Of a stretch of DNA of 63,125 nucleotides, positions 60,877 to 63,125 are shown piece by piece. The notes beneath the pieces were generated by a model. It saw only the letters and a program-made list of their open reading frames with translations. It did not search any database and was not told the origin of the DNA. The translations under genes were made by a program, and so were the position numbers. The number at the start of each line of letters is the position of its first letter. Position 1 is the stretch's first letter. Source of the DNA: a virus; UHGV virus genome UHGV-1373161; one strand, given 5' to 3'.

Positions 60877-62142
60877 ATGCCAGCACTCACAGATGGACAG
60901 ATAAAAAACGCGCTGAAGCGCGTCGCCAAATCGCAGAAACCTGAAACCCTGGCCGACGGCGAAGGGCGCGGCACCGGCCGCCTTGTGCTGGTCATTAAGC
61001 CTATGCCGACCCGCGTCACGTCGAACTGGTTCGCGCAGCAGTGGCTGGAGGGGAAGCGCAAACTGAAGAAGCTGGGCGAATACCCGCACATGAGCCTGGC
61101 GGACGCCCGCGAGGTGTTCACCCGCGACTTTTCCGCCGCCATCAATAAGGGGGCATCGATCAAGGTCCAGGGCGACACCCGGCCCGGCACCGTGGGCGAC
61201 CTGTTCGAAGGCTACGCCGACTGGCTGCGGGACAGCGGCAAAATGAGCCACAAAGAGGCCAGGAAAGGCCTGAACAAGATTGCCGACGAGCTGGGCCGCA
61301 ACCGGCTGGCGCGCGACATCGAGCCGATTGACGTGCTGAACGTCCTGCGCCCCATCTATGAGCGCGGGAAGAAGGCTATGGCTGACCACGTGCGCAGCTA
61401 CGTGCGCAGCGCCTACAGCTGGGGCATGAAGAGCGAGAACGACTATCGATCCACCAGCCCCAGGCGGTTCAACCTGGTGAGCAACCCGGCAGCTGGGATC
61501 CCCACCGAACCGAAGAAGCCGGGCGAGCGCTGGCTGCGTGAAGAGGAATGGGTGAAGATGTGGCGCTGGTTACAAAATCCTGACGTGGCTATCCATCCCT
61601 CCTATCCCCGCGCCATCATGCTGCTGATGCTGACCGGCCAGCGCGTGCAAGAGATTTGCACCCTGCACGTTGACCAGTACGACCGCGATGAAGGCATGAT
61701 CGACTGGTCAAAGACGAAGAACGGGAAGCCTCATGCCATCCCCCTGCCCGGCCTGGCCATCGAGCTGCTGAACAGCCTCACGCCGAATGAGCATGGCTGG
61801 TTTTTCCCCGGCAGTAAGGATCCGTCGCTCTCGGTCCAGCACCAGACGCTCTATTCCTTCCTGTGGCGGCAGCGCGACCGGGGCGTTATCCCGCACGTCA
61901 CGAACCGCGACATGCGCCGCACCTGGAAGACCCTGGCGGGCAAGGCCGGACTGACGAAAGAGATCCGCGACCGGCTGCAGAACCACACCCTGCAGGACGT
62001 ATCGAGCAAGAGCTATGACCGGTACAGCTATATCTCGGAGAAGCGCGAGGCGATGGAGATTTGGGATAAGTTCGTGCGGGAAATGATCCGTGATAAGACA
62101 CCGCCAAGGCTGACGGTTATCGCCGGAACGGAAGCAGCATAA
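60877..62142 (+). CDS. int: Tyrosine integrase, P4-type (N-terminal DUF4102-like arm-binding domain)
   Basis: N-term TDGQIKNALK...GRGTGRLVLVIKP; catalytic region with conserved R/H/R and the Tyr-bearing KSYDRYSY segment; 421 aa. Confidence 0.85.
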   Translation: MPALTDGQIKNALKRVAKSQKPETLADGEGRGTGRLVLVIKPMPTRVTSNWFAQQWLEGKRKLKKLGEYPHMSLADAREVFTRDFSAAINKGASIKVQGDTRPGTVGDLFEGYADWLRDSGKMSHKEARKGLNKIADELGRNRLARDIEPIDVLNVLRPIYERGKKAMADHVRSYVRSAYSWGMKSENDYRSTSPRRFNLVSNPAAGIPTEPKKPGERWLREEEWVKMWRWLQNPDVAIHPSYPRAIMLLMLTGQRVQEICTLHVDQYDRDEGMIDWSKTKNGKPHAIPLPGLAIELLNSLTPNEHGWFFPGSKDPSLSVQHQTLYSFLWRQRDRGVIPHVTNRDMRRTWKTLAGKAGLTKEIRDRLQNHTLQDVSSKSYDRYSYISEKREAMEIWDKFVREMIRDKTPPRLTVIAGTEAA

Positions 62143-62172
62143 AAAAAGCCCCTTCGGGGGCTTTCTTTTTAG
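62143..62172. terminator. Bidirectional rho-independent terminator after int
   Basis: AAAAAGCCCC-ttc-GGGGGCTTTCTTTTT. Confidence 0.7.
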
Positions 62173-62444
62173 ATGAGAGCGCGAAGCTCTGCCTGCATAT
62201 CACGAAGCTCAATAATCGCTCGTTCTTCTCTCGCAAGTTCTCTTTCAAAACGCTCAAGAATACCGCATGAAGGTGGTGCCAATTTATCTTCATCACGGGC
62301 AGTCGGTACCTCACCGCGAAGACGAATCAGCGCCTCACGGATTCCGCCGATCATTTCATACAAGTCATCCGTCTGACGCTCTTTTACTTTCAACGCCGCT
62401 TCGAGTCTGGAGTTACTTTGCATTTCATAGTCGCCGATAGCCAT
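62169..62444 (-). CDS. Hypothetical coiled-coil protein, 91 aa, convergent with int
   Basis: ORF track; may be prophage cargo or flanking host. Confidence 0.35.
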   Translation of the reverse strand: MAIGDYEMQSNSRLEAALKVKERQTDDLYEMIGGIREALIRLRGEVPTARDEDKLAPPSCGILERFERELAREERAIIELRDMQAELRALI

Positions 62445-62545
62445 AGGTATTTCCTCGGTTGGTTGTCGAGGTTATTTTCCTCACTCTGAGGATAAGTGTC
62501 TAACGAGGGATTTTTGCTGTAGCGATAAGCGAGACTTGTTGAAAA

Positions 62546-62738
62546 AGCGCCCCTGGCGGTCAGAACATTTATCCTCTTCCTCCTGTGTGGTTGGTGGAAG
62601 ACCCCGCCAGGGCGAATAGACCAATCAAACGACTGTTATGGATACCGCGCCATAACGCAGGGCACCCTCCAGGCTGATTTAACGCCAAAACCTCATTGAG
62701 AGATCGGAGTTCCTGAAAGATGCCCTGCGTTATGCGTT
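62546..62738. repeat. Two nested long-range inverted repeats (CGCCCCTGGCGG/CCGCCAGGGCG, and CATAACGCAGGGCA/TGCCCTGCGTTATG 55 nt apart)
   Basis: 14-bp perfect arms at 62651-62664 and 62720-62733, plus an 11-bp pair at 62546-62557 and 62600-62610, in a region with no convincing ORF. Confidence 0.4.
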
Positions 62739-63125
62739 GTGGCGGTGGTGCCTCCACCTGCCGGTTTTAGCCAATGACCGGCGACGTCACACTGCCCGGA
62801 AACGTATTCCTTGAACGGGTTGGCTCGCCGCGTGCGCATAGCCGCAATTACCACAACGGAAAGAGCACTGGCTAACCAGGCACGCCGACTCTTCACGATT
62901 ATCGGCTCAATGCTCTGACCTGTTGCGTGCCGGGATTCCACCGACTCCCATCTGTTTTTTAAGCCACTCAGATATCGTCTGGGCTTGTTGTGATGGCCGG
63001 TGCTGAACTCCGGCTTTCCCTGCTAAACTAGTGTCGACGCTTTGACACCCCTCGGTCAGAAGCTCGGGAATGCGACCGCCCGCTACATTGCGCATCAGCC
63101 TGCGCACTCACCACAACGAGTAGCT

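Larger units (their letters stand above)
1..62172. mobile_element. Temperate podovirus-like prophage; right end at the integrase and its terminator, left end not reached (1-365 non-coding, junction unknown)
   Basis: Contiguous phage modules (lysis, structural, replication, immunity, integrase); no tape measure, tube or sheath genes; P4-type integrase at the right edge. Confidence 0.8.

Noticed and set aside
62445-63125. tRNA or tmRNA gene at the integrase-proximal end; small minus ORFs 62569-63107
   Set aside because: No T-arm consensus or cloverleaf recognisable by eye; the ORFs lack motifs and start context; left as an att/ncRNA candidate needing software
1-63125. CRISPR arrays, rRNA, IS elements/transposases
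   Set aside because: No short direct-repeat/spacer periodicity, no rRNA-like conserved blocks, and no transposase motifs (DDE or IS-type) seen in any ORF

Overview
The window is almost entirely one temperate, podovirus-like prophage, about 62 kb, in an enterobacterial-type (~55% GC) background. Reading left to right: (i) a minus-strand lysis cassette at 366-2204 (endolysin, two single-TM coiled-coil proteins, embedded Rz/Rz1 spanins) flanked by intrinsic terminators; (ii) a long minus-strand late operon from 40509 down to 2431: terS, terL, portal, scaffold, CsrA-like protein, major capsid, head/neck proteins, three large receptor-binding proteins (a GH5 tailspike and two with Calx-beta-like N-termini), tail protein, GNAT acetyltransferase, ejection-type proteins, and a 4019-aa multidomain virion protein at 2431-14490; (iii) a six-gene plus-strand island (40598-42290) closed by a bidirectional terminator; (iv) a minus-strand early operon 51468->42326 (Cro-like regulator, Ref-like HNH, PD-(D/E)xK nuclease, HNH, MT-A70 Dam, Dcm C5-MTase, ASCH, O-like initiator, P-like protein); (v) a CI-like repressor divergent from cro; (vi) a plus-strand block of about 25 small genes (Lar-like, AlpA/Xis-like, lipoprotein) ending in a P4-type tyrosine integrase (60877-62142). 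No tail tube, sheath or tape measure is present, so the virion is podovirus-like. From memory, the layout with a >4000-aa DarB-like virion protein resembles Bcep22-like podophages; this is unverified. Non-coding signals: a 17-bp palindrome GTTGCY-N5-RGCAAC recurs at least 6 times with near-perfect arms, and more often in variant form, immediately upstream of genes in every module; a conserved leader motif CCAATAACAAC precedes three plus-strand genes; an XRE-HTH gene with a perfect TATAAT sits antisense between terS and terL. No rRNA, tRNA or CRISPR was seen. All gene calls rest on the six-frame ORF track plus motif recognition by eye; no database search was possible.
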